Assembly (NCBI GenBank): GCA_964588165.1
Contig: CAZPMS010000002.1
Location: forward strand, 105,839 to 169,838
DNA length: 64,000 nt
Reading direction: 5' to 3'
DNA from: an uncultured Gammaproteobacteria bacterium
GTDB lineage: Bacteria > Patescibacteriota > Patescibacteriia > UBA1558 > UBA10009
Shown here: piece after piece, positions 19,302 to 30,500 of the stretch
How positions within the stretch are numbered: position 1 is the first letter of the stretch
How the letters are laid out: the number at the start of each line of letters is the position of its first letter
Program-made: the position numbers and the translations under genes
Notes under the pieces: model-generated
Database searches by the model: none
Told to the model about the DNA's origin: nothing
Seen by the model: only the letters and a program-made list of their open reading frames with translations

Positions 19302-19769
19302 ATGGCAAGCTTAGAAACTGAGATAACAACTAATTTAAGCCAGGCAATTAAAGATAAAGACGAAGTAAAGGTAGCAACTTTGCGTTTGTTAAAGTCGTCT
19401 TTAGAAAAATTAAAAAAGGCCGGCTCTGTAACTGACCAAGAAGCTTTAAAGCTTAAAGATGACCAGGTTTTAAAAATAATACGGCAGGAAGTGAAAAAGC
19501 GTAAAGAAGCCAACGAAGGCTTTAAAGCCGGAGGCCGCGAAGAACTGGCTAAAAAAGAACTCCAAGAAATGGAAATTCTAAACGAGTATTTGCCGCCGGA
19601 AATCTCTGAAGATGAGCTTAAAGAAGTTATTGATAAAATAATAACCGAAAACAGTTTTACGGCCCAGGATTTTGGACAAGTTATGAAACAGGTTATGGCG
19701 GCTACAGGTGGCCAGGCCGATGGCAATAAAGTATCGGCCTTAGTAAAACAGAAATTATCAGAGGAATAA
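19302..19769 (+). CDS. yqeY: GatB/YqeY domain protein
   Basis: EVKKRKEA, GREELAKKE, YLPPE, FGQVMKQVM, ADG. Confidence 0.93.
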   Translation: MASLETEITTNLSQAIKDKDEVKVATLRLLKSSLEKLKKAGSVTDQEALKLKDDQVLKIIRQEVKKRKEANEGFKAGGREELAKKELQEMEILNEYLPPEISEDELKEVIDKIITENSFTAQDFGQVMKQVMAATGGQADGNKVSALVKQKLSEE

Positions 19770-19786
19770 TTTAAACAAAAAATCCC

Positions 19787-21583
19787 ATGCAGTTACTAAA
19801 ATCTGAAAAAAAAATAAAGACAGCTACTTGGATAGTTGGTTTTATATTATTAGTAGCTGTTTTTGTTTTACTTGCTCCACAGGTTATGGCCCAAGCTTCT
19901 TTAGGGGTAGAAGTTGGAGCAGATACTGGCTTAGGCACAGCTGATTTAAAATTGGTAATTACCAGGATAGTAAGAATTATTTTGGGCTTTATTGGAATTA
20001 TAGCGGTGATAATTATTTTATACGGCGGCTATACTTGGATGACAGCTGCGGGCAACGAACAAAAGATAGACGATGCCAAAAAGATTTTAGTAAATGCGAT
20101 TATCGGCTTAATAATAATATTGGCTTCTTTTGCTATTGTAAGTTACGTTATAAGCCGTTTGCAACAGGCTACCATTAGCGGCCCAGGAGCAGGGGGCAGG
20201 GATCCTTACCATATTAATCCGGGCGCTTTGGGTGGCGGAATTTTACAGAATGTTTATCCGGAACCGGGCGCTACAGAAGTCCCCCGCAACACTTTAATAA
20301 TGGTCAGTTATAAGGAAAGTATGGATATTGCCAGCATTATTGATATAGAAAGCGATCCAGCTGATTGTGCAGACTTGCCAGAAGAAGTTTTTTGCGGCTT
20401 TTTAGCAGAGGTAAGCGGCGATCCTACCACTTTAGTAATTAACCGTTCCGAAGATAACGCCCAATTGGCTGCCGATGAAGTAGTGGTAATGACAAATGAC
20501 GGCAAAAATTTTGTTTATGATCCAGTTGTTTATTTAGGAAGCTCTGATGCTTATACAAATTATTCAATAAATTTAACTGATCAAATAAATAAATCAGGCG
20601 GTGATCCGGCATTTTTAATTGGCGGCTATTTATGGTCGTTCCAGGTTAGTAATATAGTAGACCTAACACCTCCTAAAGTAACCGGCGTGGTGCCTGTTTC
20701 TGGAACGGCTGTTCCTAAAAATACCACAGTGCAAATTAATTTTGATGAAGCTGTTAATGTGGTTACAGCCACAGGCCATGCCACTGGAGATCCAAGCCTG
20801 CCTTTTAATAATATTTTAATAAGTTATGAAGATGATATAGGCAATATCATTTATATGAGCGGCGATGCCACTATTAGCAATTTTTTTAGAACCGTTGAAT
20901 TTATAAGTGATATCCAGTGCGAAATTGGCCCTATTCCGGTAGTTAATTCCTGTGGTACTGTGCCAACCTGTTTCCCGGGTGAAGAAGACTTTTTAGTTTT
21001 GGTAAAAGCGGCTTTGGTTGATGTAAATGGCAATACCATTGATATATTTTCCGGCATTACCGATGCAGCCGGAAATTCTTTGGACGGTAACGCCGACGGT
21101 TTCTCTCAAGGCCAGCCTGATGATAATTACAGTTCAAATTTTTCTACCACCGACGAAATGGATTTAACACCGCCGGAAATAATTTCTCCTTTAGAACCGG
21201 AGCAAGGCAATGAATCTGTGCCCCAAAACAAACACCTTAAAGCAATATTTAATGAATATATTTTAAGTAGCAGTTTAAATACAGAAAATTTTGTGGTTTT
21301 TGAATCAGCTTGCGGTTTAGAGTTGCCTGAATTTCCAGATGACGGATCTTGTTATCCAGAAGGCGGCTTTACTACTTATAAAGAAAATATATCAGGCAAT
21401 CCCGCTGTTAACGGCGGCAATCCGGCTACCAAGGCAATTTTAAGAACATATTATCCTTATTTAAATCCTTTAACCGATTACAATTCCCGTTTAACAGCAG
21501 GGATTAAGGATGCATATCAAAACTGCTTTAACCCGGCTGTTGGGCCGTGCCAGCCTGGACAGATCACCCCAAATTGTCCGTAG
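19787..21583 (+). CDS. Pilin-like (TrbC/VirB2-type N-terminus) surface protein with Ig-like domains
   Basis: IIILYGGYTWMTAAGNEQKIDDAKKILVNAIIGLII pilin motif; Big_5-like repeats. Confidence 0.8.
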   Translation: MQLLKSEKKIKTATWIVGFILLVAVFVLLAPQVMAQASLGVEVGADTGLGTADLKLVITRIVRIILGFIGIIAVIIILYGGYTWMTAAGNEQKIDDAKKILVNAIIGLIIILASFAIVSYVISRLQQATISGPGAGGRDPYHINPGALGGGILQNVYPEPGATEVPRNTLIMVSYKESMDIASIIDIESDPADCADLPEEVFCGFLAEVSGDPTTLVINRSEDNAQLAADEVVVMTNDGKNFVYDPVVYLGSSDAYTNYSINLTDQINKSGGDPAFLIGGYLWSFQVSNIVDLTPPKVTGVVPVSGTAVPKNTTVQINFDEAVNVVTATGHATGDPSLPFNNILISYEDDIGNIIYMSGDATISNFFRTVEFISDIQCEIGPIPVVNSCGTVPTCFPGEEDFLVLVKAALVDVNGNTIDIFSGITDAAGNSLDGNADGFSQGQPDDNYSSNFSTTDEMDLTPPEIISPLEPEQGNESVPQNKHLKAIFNEYILSSSLNTENFVVFESACGLELPEFPDDGSCYPEGGFTTYKENISGNPAVNGGNPATKAILRTYYPYLNPLTDYNSRLTAGIKDAYQNCFNPAVGPCQPGQITPNCP

Positions 21584-21592
21584 AATTTATTT

Positions 21593-24500
21593 ATGAATTT
21601 AAAACCTAAAACAAAAATCATCTTCATGGGCCTGCTTTTATTAGTAGTTGCTATTTTATTGGTTCCCCAGTTGGCCTTTGCCCAAGCTTCTTTAGGAGTA
21701 GAAGTTGGCGCAGATACTGGCTTGGGCAGCCGAGACCTTAAAGAAGTGATAGTGGCTGTAGTCCAGATATTTTTAGGATTTTTGGGCATTGTAGCCGTAA
21801 TTGTTTTAATTTATGGCGGCTATATTTGGATGACGGCCGGTGGCAGCCCCGATAAAGTGGAACAGGGCAAAAGGATTGTTATTAACGTAGCTGTTGGTTT
21901 GGTGGTTATTTTAATTTCTTTTGCCGTAGTTACTTTTATTGCCAATGTTATAAGCGATGCTACTGGCAGTGAACCGGGGGAACCGGGCGATCCAGGGGAA
22001 CCGGGCGATCCAACTGTAGAAAGTTTTATCGTTCAGTCAATTCAGCCCAGGGGCGAACAAAGCATCAGAAATATTGTGGTGCAAATTGCTTTTAATGAAA
22101 ATGTTGATGCCAGTAGTTTAATTTCCAGGCCAGATAGCGTGGTAGTTGCCAAGTCAAACGGCCTTGGCGGTTTTGACAGAGTAAACGGTGTTTTAGAGCT
22201 GGCTGCAGGCAATCCCAAAAAAGTTTTGTTTACACCAAGCACGCCTTGTCCGTCGCCAAATGAAGATTTATTCTGTTTTGACTATGATGCCATAAACCCC
22301 GACTTAAATGTCCATCAGGTAGAAGTGAGCGGCGATGGAGCAGCTTCTTTAAAGAGTGTTAGCGGTAAAACGGTTACCTGCACTTTAGACAGTTGTTTGG
22401 CAGAATTTTCAACCGGCCCGTTGGTTGATATTGAAGATCCGGAAGTGGCTTTAACAGAAGCTATAGATCTGGCTGATCAAGTTTTTATTTTAACCAATGG
22501 CGTTTCCCTTTCGGCAGATGAATTGTATCAGTTGTATGCCGATGCCACAGATGATGGTGGAATTACCGGCGTAGATTTTTATCTTGATGGCGATTACATT
22601 GGTTTTGATACGCCAGTTGGCGATGCCCCGTTGAATTTTACGGCTCAAATAATTCCTGATTGGCATACCGACGGTTTAGAGTTAAACCAAAATTATTATC
22701 TTACCAGCAGGGCTTATGATGTGGCCTATAACGAAACTTTATCCGATTCAGTTAGAGTGGTTATTAGGCCGGCCCATTGTTTTAATGATGTAATAGATCC
22801 TGATTTAGGTGAAACCGGTTTGGATTGTGGCGGGCCTTGCCCGGCCTGTGAAGGTGAATCATGCGGAGAACTGGTTGGCGAGATTTGCACTAATCCTGAT
22901 AATAATGCCTGCGCTTCCGGTTTGTGTGATACAGAAACTTGCTATTGTGTGCCGGCTCCACAAGTCAGTTCGGTGGATCCGGATAATGGCGCTTCAGGCA
23001 ACTGGGTAACTATTTTAGGCAGCCATTTTGGTGACGAAATCGGAACCGTTACAATTGGCGGTGAGACTGCCAACTCGCCTCCGGATATTTTATGCCCCAG
23101 CAGCTGGCAAGATAGCCAAATTATTATAGAGCTTCCCGAACTGGATTTGGGCAATCAGCAGCTTCAGGTTACAACCAGTGAGGGATTAAATAGCAACTTT
23201 TACGATTTTTTAATAAATGATACAGAACGGCCTGGTATTTGCTCGGTAGCACCGGCGGAAGGTAAATTTGAAGATAGTTTCCAGGTAGATGGAATCCAGT
23301 TTGGCGAGGATTATATGGAAAGGGATGTTTATTTTGGCCGGCCAGATGATCCTATCTCGGCTTTTAATCCCAGCTGGTCGCTTGTAGGAGATTATGGCAG
23401 GGTAGTTGCCGATGTTCCTAATTTACTTAAAGGTAATACGGGCGTAAGAGTAAGAGTTGAGGGTGAAAGTAGTAATGTTTTAGCTTTTACAGTTTTGGAA
23501 TCAGCTCATGAAGAGGTAAGGATTGATTATTTTACTCCTGAGTCTGGAGCAGACGGCCAGTATGTAACTATTTTTGGCAGTGGCTTTGGCAATTATGTGC
23601 CGGGCGAAAGTTTGGTTAAATTTTCAACAGATAAAGAGGGCAGCCTTGATTTTCCGGATGAATGCGGCACAAATTTCTGGACCGATACCCAAATTGTTGT
23701 AAAGGTCCCGAATACAGAAGAGGTTGGCGAACTTGATGACCAAGGCCCAATTACCGTAATTACTGCCTCCGAAGATTTAGCTGTTTCTTCCCAAAACTTT
23801 TTATATACCCCGGTAGCAGATGTGGCGCCCGGTATTTGCAGCCTATTTCCTCAAGAAGGAACTATTGGCTCTACCTTTAGTGTTGCCGGTGAGGGTTTTG
23901 AAGATTCTACTTTATATTTGAATGATTTGTCTTTTGTAGATGCTCCGGTAAACGATAATTATTATGAAGATGTAATGGTGCCAGAAGGCTCTGAGTCTGG
24001 CCCGGTTAAAATAGTAAAGGATGTTTTAGAAAGTAATACAATAGATTTTGAAGTAACAGCCGATGCTCCGGATGAGCCTGAACTGCCCAGTGATTATTAC
24101 CAGTGGCAGTTTACCACCTGCCAAGATTGTTTGGTTCCGGAAGTTGTAGAGATAGGCAGTTGTTGGTTTAGCTTGGCCTCGCCAACTCCCTTAAAAAACA
24201 GCCAAGATAATTATAGCGATACTTTAATTTCCGCCACCTTTAATACTGATATGGATGATTCATTATTTGAACTTGGCACCACCATTTTATTAGCTGAGTG
24301 CGGTGACGCAGAATCTCCCGGAATTTGTAATCCGATAACTGTTGCAGGTGATTTTGAATTTGGTTTAAGCGGATCTGATTATGAATATTTCACTTTGGAT
24401 TTAGATGATAGTTTAAATCTTAATACCTGGTATAGGGCCACCTTAACTAACCTTAAGAGTAATCTGGAACAGATTGCCATGGAAGATGATTACCAATGGT

Positions 24501-27500
24501 TCTTTAAAACCAAAACTGTAGATTCCCAGTGTGATGTTACTGATGTTATGGTTAATCCGGCACAAAGGATAGTTGATGCTTTAATTCCAGAAAACAATAA
24601 CCCAGTTTATTTAGATGAACAGGTTTGGTATGACTCGTTGGCTTATAATTCAGCCAATTGTAATGTTTGTCCGGATGTTTATGAATGGTCCTGGAGTTCT
24701 TCCCAACCGTCTCAGGCTAATATAGACGAAACATCAATAATCAACAGCAGCTTACTTTCGGCCGATGCTTATACTAACCTCGGTGAACATGCTGTTATCA
24801 CAGCCGTAGCCGTAAATGCAACCAGCACACCTTCGGGCACTGCCGAAGTGGATATTGTGCCCAGGAATCCGGAAATAGTTTATCATTGGGAGTGTACGCC
24901 AGAACCGCAAACCCCCAGCCCTTGGCCAGGCACCGAAGAAGCCTGCATTAATGCCAAGATAGCTGTTGAGTTTGATACAATTATGGATCCGGCCACTACT
25001 TTAAATATAAATAATATATCAGTAACTTATGATAGCGGTTTTGGCTGGCTTGATATATCGGGTTCCTTGGAGGGCCTATATGGAACCAGAGGAGATTTAG
25101 CCGGTTTAGTAGGCCTGGTATTTACTCCGGATAGTTTTATGGATCCTGATAGCTGGCATGAAGTTATTTTAAGTTTTGATATTTTAAGTGCGGAAGGGGG
25201 AAGTTTAACAGGCACTAACAGTTGGCAATTTAAAACTAAAGATAGTGATGAAGTTTGCTCTATTACACAAGCTATAGTTGATCCTTCATCCACAATCTTA
25301 ACTGCCGAAGGCGCTACCGAAAATTATACAGCCTTTGGCCAAGGCGAAAGTTGTGAGCTGGTGGTAAATCCAGATTTAAATTGGTCATGGAATAGTGAGG
25401 ATAATCAAGTGGCTGCAATTTTTGCAAGTAATAATGATGAAGCAGTTGTTATTGCCAATAACGAAGGCCAAACTTATATTAGGGCAGAAGCTAACGGCAT
25501 TCAAAATGAAGGTAATAATGGTTTGGTAACCGTTAATTATGGCCCAGGACCAACAGCTTTTGAGATAACTGAAAATCTGCCGGTTGGTGATGATGTTTGT
25601 TTAAATGCCCAGGGTTTAGTTAGATTTAATTTGAGCTTAGATCAAGAAAGTATTGCCACTGAAAATTTTGAAGTTTGGCAAGAAGCTGAAAGGTTAAGTT
25701 ATTGTGAAGATAATCCGGATATAAATTGTACCAGTGATATTGATTGTTCTGGAACATTTTCAGGCAAGTGCCAAGCCGAATGGACAGTTAGCAGCAGCGG
25801 GCCAAGAACGGCTATAGATATTTTACCGACAATAAATGATGGCCTGTGGAATCCCGGATCTGATTATTCTATCAGAGTCTACGGCGGCGGTTTGGGAGTA
25901 ATTTCCGATTCAGGAGAACAGCTAATTCAAGAAGGCTGTCCGCCAAGCATGTCTTGGAGCGAGGCCGGCCAGTATTGTTATTGGGATTTTAAAACTGCCG
26001 GAGAAATTTGTGCCATAGATAACATTCAAATAGAACCTGCTTCTGCCGCTACCACCGTAGGCATGATAGTAGATTGGCTGGCAACTCCTTATGCCCAAAA
26101 TGGCAATCCTCTTTCCAATGAGCTTGATAGGTGGCGCTCAGAAAATGTTTGGTCGCCTAATAATTTATTGGTAGCTGATGTAGAGGCTACTTCGCCAAAT
26201 GGGCACCAGGCCTCTTCTTTGGCTTTAAATGTTGGCAGGGCTTTAATTTTTGCCGGCGCCCCGATAGAAGCAGGCAGTGAAGAAATTATCTGGGGTTCTG
26301 CCGATTTGCAGGTGCTAGAAGAATTTAATGGACCAGAAGTAACCGATGTGCAGCCTCAACCGGGCGAAGAAGATGTTTGCCGCAACAGCTTGATTAATAT
26401 TGGCTTTGATCAGTTTATTAATCCGGCAACAGTAAGTAACAGCACTTTAAAGGCAGAATATTTGTCTACCGAATATTCAGAAGGCTGCTACGAAGTTGAT
26501 ATGGGCGGTGAAATAAGTTTTTATAAAAACTATAATAATGTTATTTCTAAAACTTTAGCTTCCAGGCTGTTTAATTGGTTTTCGGCTAATATTTTAAATC
26601 GGCTGATCGGTCCGGTAAAAGCCCAAGTAACTAATTATATGTGTCCTGTTCAAGGCACTCGGGAATTGGTAAATAATTTATATGATAGCGAAGTCAAGTT
26701 TAGTCCGGCAGAAGCTTTTCCTGCTAATTCAGAAATAAATGTAATAGTTGTTGGCGGGGATAACGGCATTAAAGGCACCAATGGCCTGCCTTTGGAAGGA
26801 GATGGTTTAGATGAAGACGGAAATTATTCATACAGTTTTACCACAAGGGCAGATATTTGTACTTTAAGCATGGTCAGTGTAGTAGCTGATGAAGCAACAG
26901 GAGAAAGTGAATGGGTATTTACCACCAGTTTTGATAATCTTGATGACAATGATCCTGATGATTTGGCAAATTTTGATACTATTTATGATGGTGATAAAAA
27001 ATATACAGCTTCCGGTTACAGCCTTGAAGGTACAGAACTTTTTCCAATAGAAGGAGTTTATGAGTGGGTCTGGGATTGGAGCAGTAGTGATACTAATATA
27101 GCCAGCCTTGCTTACGCCGCTGATGATATTTCGGTAGTTAGTGTTAATAATATTAAAACAGGCCAAAGCGATATTGTGGCCGAGGCGGTTTTCCCTAATT
27201 GGTATAACCAACCCAATCTGCCAGGTTCAGGTTTGGCTATTGTTAATTTATGTGAAAATCCTTGGCCGGCAGTTGTTTCTGAACAGCCAGAGCAATTTAT
27301 TGATGATGATTTTAATTTCGGGCTTTCTTATTGCAGGGATGCTGGTGGTTTAGGAACAGAAGATGATCTACCAGCTCTAAATGTAATTGATTTTGTGGAG
27401 AACAGCCATCTGCCTACAGATCCGGCCGAAGATGAATTATTAAAAGAGTATTTAATACCAGTGCCTACCACCGGAGATTTAATTGGATTAAGGATTTATG

Positions 27501-30500
27501 AAAATTCTTTCCACTTATCACCTTCAGATTGGTATAAAAAGAACATAGCTGTTCAGGGCTTTCCAAATAGCACTTTAGTGGATGGTTATAAAGCTATTGT
27601 AGACGGCAGGACAACTTATGTTGCAGCCTCTGATGTAGAATCACTAACTGAAGAAGACCCTTTGGCTTATATGCTACCGAGTAAAGGTTCAATAATTTCA
27701 AGAGTTGTTAACAATATCTGGCAAGGTTTAAAAGAGTTTATAAATAATTCTTTATTTACTGTGAAGGCGGCAGAAGGCGAAGATGAAGAATCTGAAGGTG
27801 GTTATAAGGTAACCGGAATTGAGGGCGGTTATACAGATATTTTTTTACTTTCTTATAATCAAGGAGCCAGGCCGGAAACTTTAGAAATAGTTAACCAGCT
27901 TATTGAAAGGTGGAATTTTAATACTAATGTAGATAATCCTAAAATTAAAGAAAAAATTATTAGAGATGTAGAAAGATTAAGCCATTTAAATTCTATTGCT
28001 GGGAGCCTGGACCAATATCAGTTAAGCCATGAAGGCACTTTTCCAGCCTTAGAGGCCGGCACTTTTTTAAAAACCATGAGTACCAGCAAATGGCCTTCTT
28101 GGAACGAAACTTTGGGATCAGAACTGGGAACAATTTTACCATTTGATCCAACCAATAAATTTGGCGCCTGTATTGATTGCCAGGAACCGGAATTAATTAA
28201 TCCTGGCTTTGAGGATGACCCTGATTCATTAGTAGGCTGGGCAAATGTTGGCGTTGTAACAATGGAAGTTAATACCGATCCAGATTATGTTCGTGAAGGC
28301 AGTCAGTCCGCTTTTGTTATATCGCCTGTTGTTCCTGAAGATGGCATTAAGAGCAGTAATATACCAGTTATTACCAACACTACTTATGAATATTCTGCTT
28401 GGGTTTATGTTGAGCATCCAAACAGGGTACAGATTAGAAATCTTTCTTATCCACGGTCGGGTAATGAGTGGTTTACTCCGCCCGATTACACTGGCTGGTT
28501 TCAGTTAAAAGACAGGTTTACAACTTCGGATGTATCACCAGTTAGGATACAAATTGTCTCATATGGGGGCCCAGCCACTTTTTGGGTGGACGAGGTTTAT
28601 ATTGGCACCTCTAATGGCAACTGCGGTTATGACCTAGAAACTTGCTGGAATCCCGAGGCAAATTTTGGTACTGGGGCTTTTGCCTGCGATGCTGATTCAT
28701 ATTTTTACCGCTATCAAGGAGAAATTGATTTAGATTCAGAAGTAACAAATTATACTTTAGCTGCTAAATTGGAAACAACTACCAATTGGTATCCTAATAA
28801 CATTGGCGATAATTATTATTTAGATCCCCATTTGGTTATTAGCACTAATAATGTTTTAGGCTGTGATGCCAACATTTTTGCCGGTTTTTGCGGCGACTCC
28901 ATTGTCCAAGAACCAATAGAACAGTGCGAACCGGGCAATTCATATTATTTATGCAGTACAGATATTTTGTGGTACACCCCGGCCGGCAGCGGTCCTTATG
29001 GCTGTTTCCCTGCAGGTGATCCTAATCAGTGCAATTGGTATAGCCCATTACTTGATTCAGATGATGAATGCTACGGTTTAAGTTCATCCCAATGTTGTGG
29101 TGGCTATTGCGGTGACAGTGTTTTAAATACTGCAGCCGGAGGCTATCTTTTAATAGATGATGAAGAATGCGAATTAGGAGTGGGCGGTTATGGCGATGGT
29201 ACGGCCGAAGATGAACAGTATTCTTGTTCTGGCAGTTGCCAGGATGTTGGCGGTTGGTGTGGCGACGGTTCCATTCAAACCGGTTATGGCGAAGAATGCG
29301 ATGGCAGCACCAGTGGCTGGGATTGTTTGGCATCACTTGTTAATCCAACTTGTAATACTTGTGAGGTAGAATGCTCAGAAGGCAATCCTTACCAGGGAAC
29401 TTGCGGCAATAATACCAGGGAAGCTATAGAAATATGCGACGGAACGGATAATGGCTATCCTAATTCAACCTGTATAGAATATTGTTCTGATGTAGAATGT
29501 GTAGGTAGTTGGCAGGCTTGCGATGGCAATCGTTTGGATTATAACGGCTGTGAAACTGATACTGATAACGATCCAAATAATTGTGGAACTTGTTTAAATA
29601 ATTGTCCTGGCCCTGTTGGCGGCAATGGCTATGCAGAATGTGAATCTGGAGGCTGCACAATTGTTTGTGACCCCGGTTATGATCTTGTGGGCGACGAATG
29701 TGTTTTAGTGGCTATTTGCGGTAATGATATTATTGAAGGCGGTGAAGTTTGTGATGATGGCGCAAACAACGGCAACTTTGGCTATTGTAATGCCACTTGT
29801 GATGGAATTGAAGGTTTGGGCGATGCTTTATTTTATGATAATTTTGAAGACTGGAATTTTACCACCAGTAATTGGGAAGAAGGCTATAATTATAATGGTC
29901 CTGGCGGTGGAGAAATTTGGTCAAGATCTTTGCCAGGCGGGGGGATAAATTACAAATTAAAATCAGAAATTAATAATGTTGCCCCTAATTTCCCCAGAGA
30001 TTTCAGGGTAACCAATGCCAATGCCAATAATTTATTAAATGTAGATATATTGGTAATGATAGATTTTAGCTATTCAGCTGATGATGATGCTGTATTATTC
30101 GCTAGGCATAATGGCCAAAATCATTATATGGATCAGGAATATTATGCTTTGTGGAATGACCATAATAGTGAGATTCAAATAATAAGAGTTGGGCCTGATG
30201 GATATCATGATGAAGACTTAGCAAGCACTTTTCCCTTAACAAGTGGTATTTATTGGTTACAGTTTAAAGTTTTTGATGTAGGAGGTAATATTAGACTTCA
30301 AGCCAGATGGTGGCCAGAGGGTACCGAAATGCCGGCTGCCTGGAATTTTGATATAATAGATAGCTCTGAAAATAAAATTACAACTTCTGGACAGGTAGGA
30401 GTTGCCGGTTGGATGAACTCAACTTTTTACTTTGATAATTTCCAAGTTTATGATGCAGATGTTGTTGCCGAGCCGGTTCCGGATGAACCAGCCTATATCT

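Noticed and set aside
21969-22011. 9/18-bp tandem repeat (EPGEPGDPGEPGDP)
   Set aside because: An ordinary coding linker, not a CRISPR or contingency repeat.
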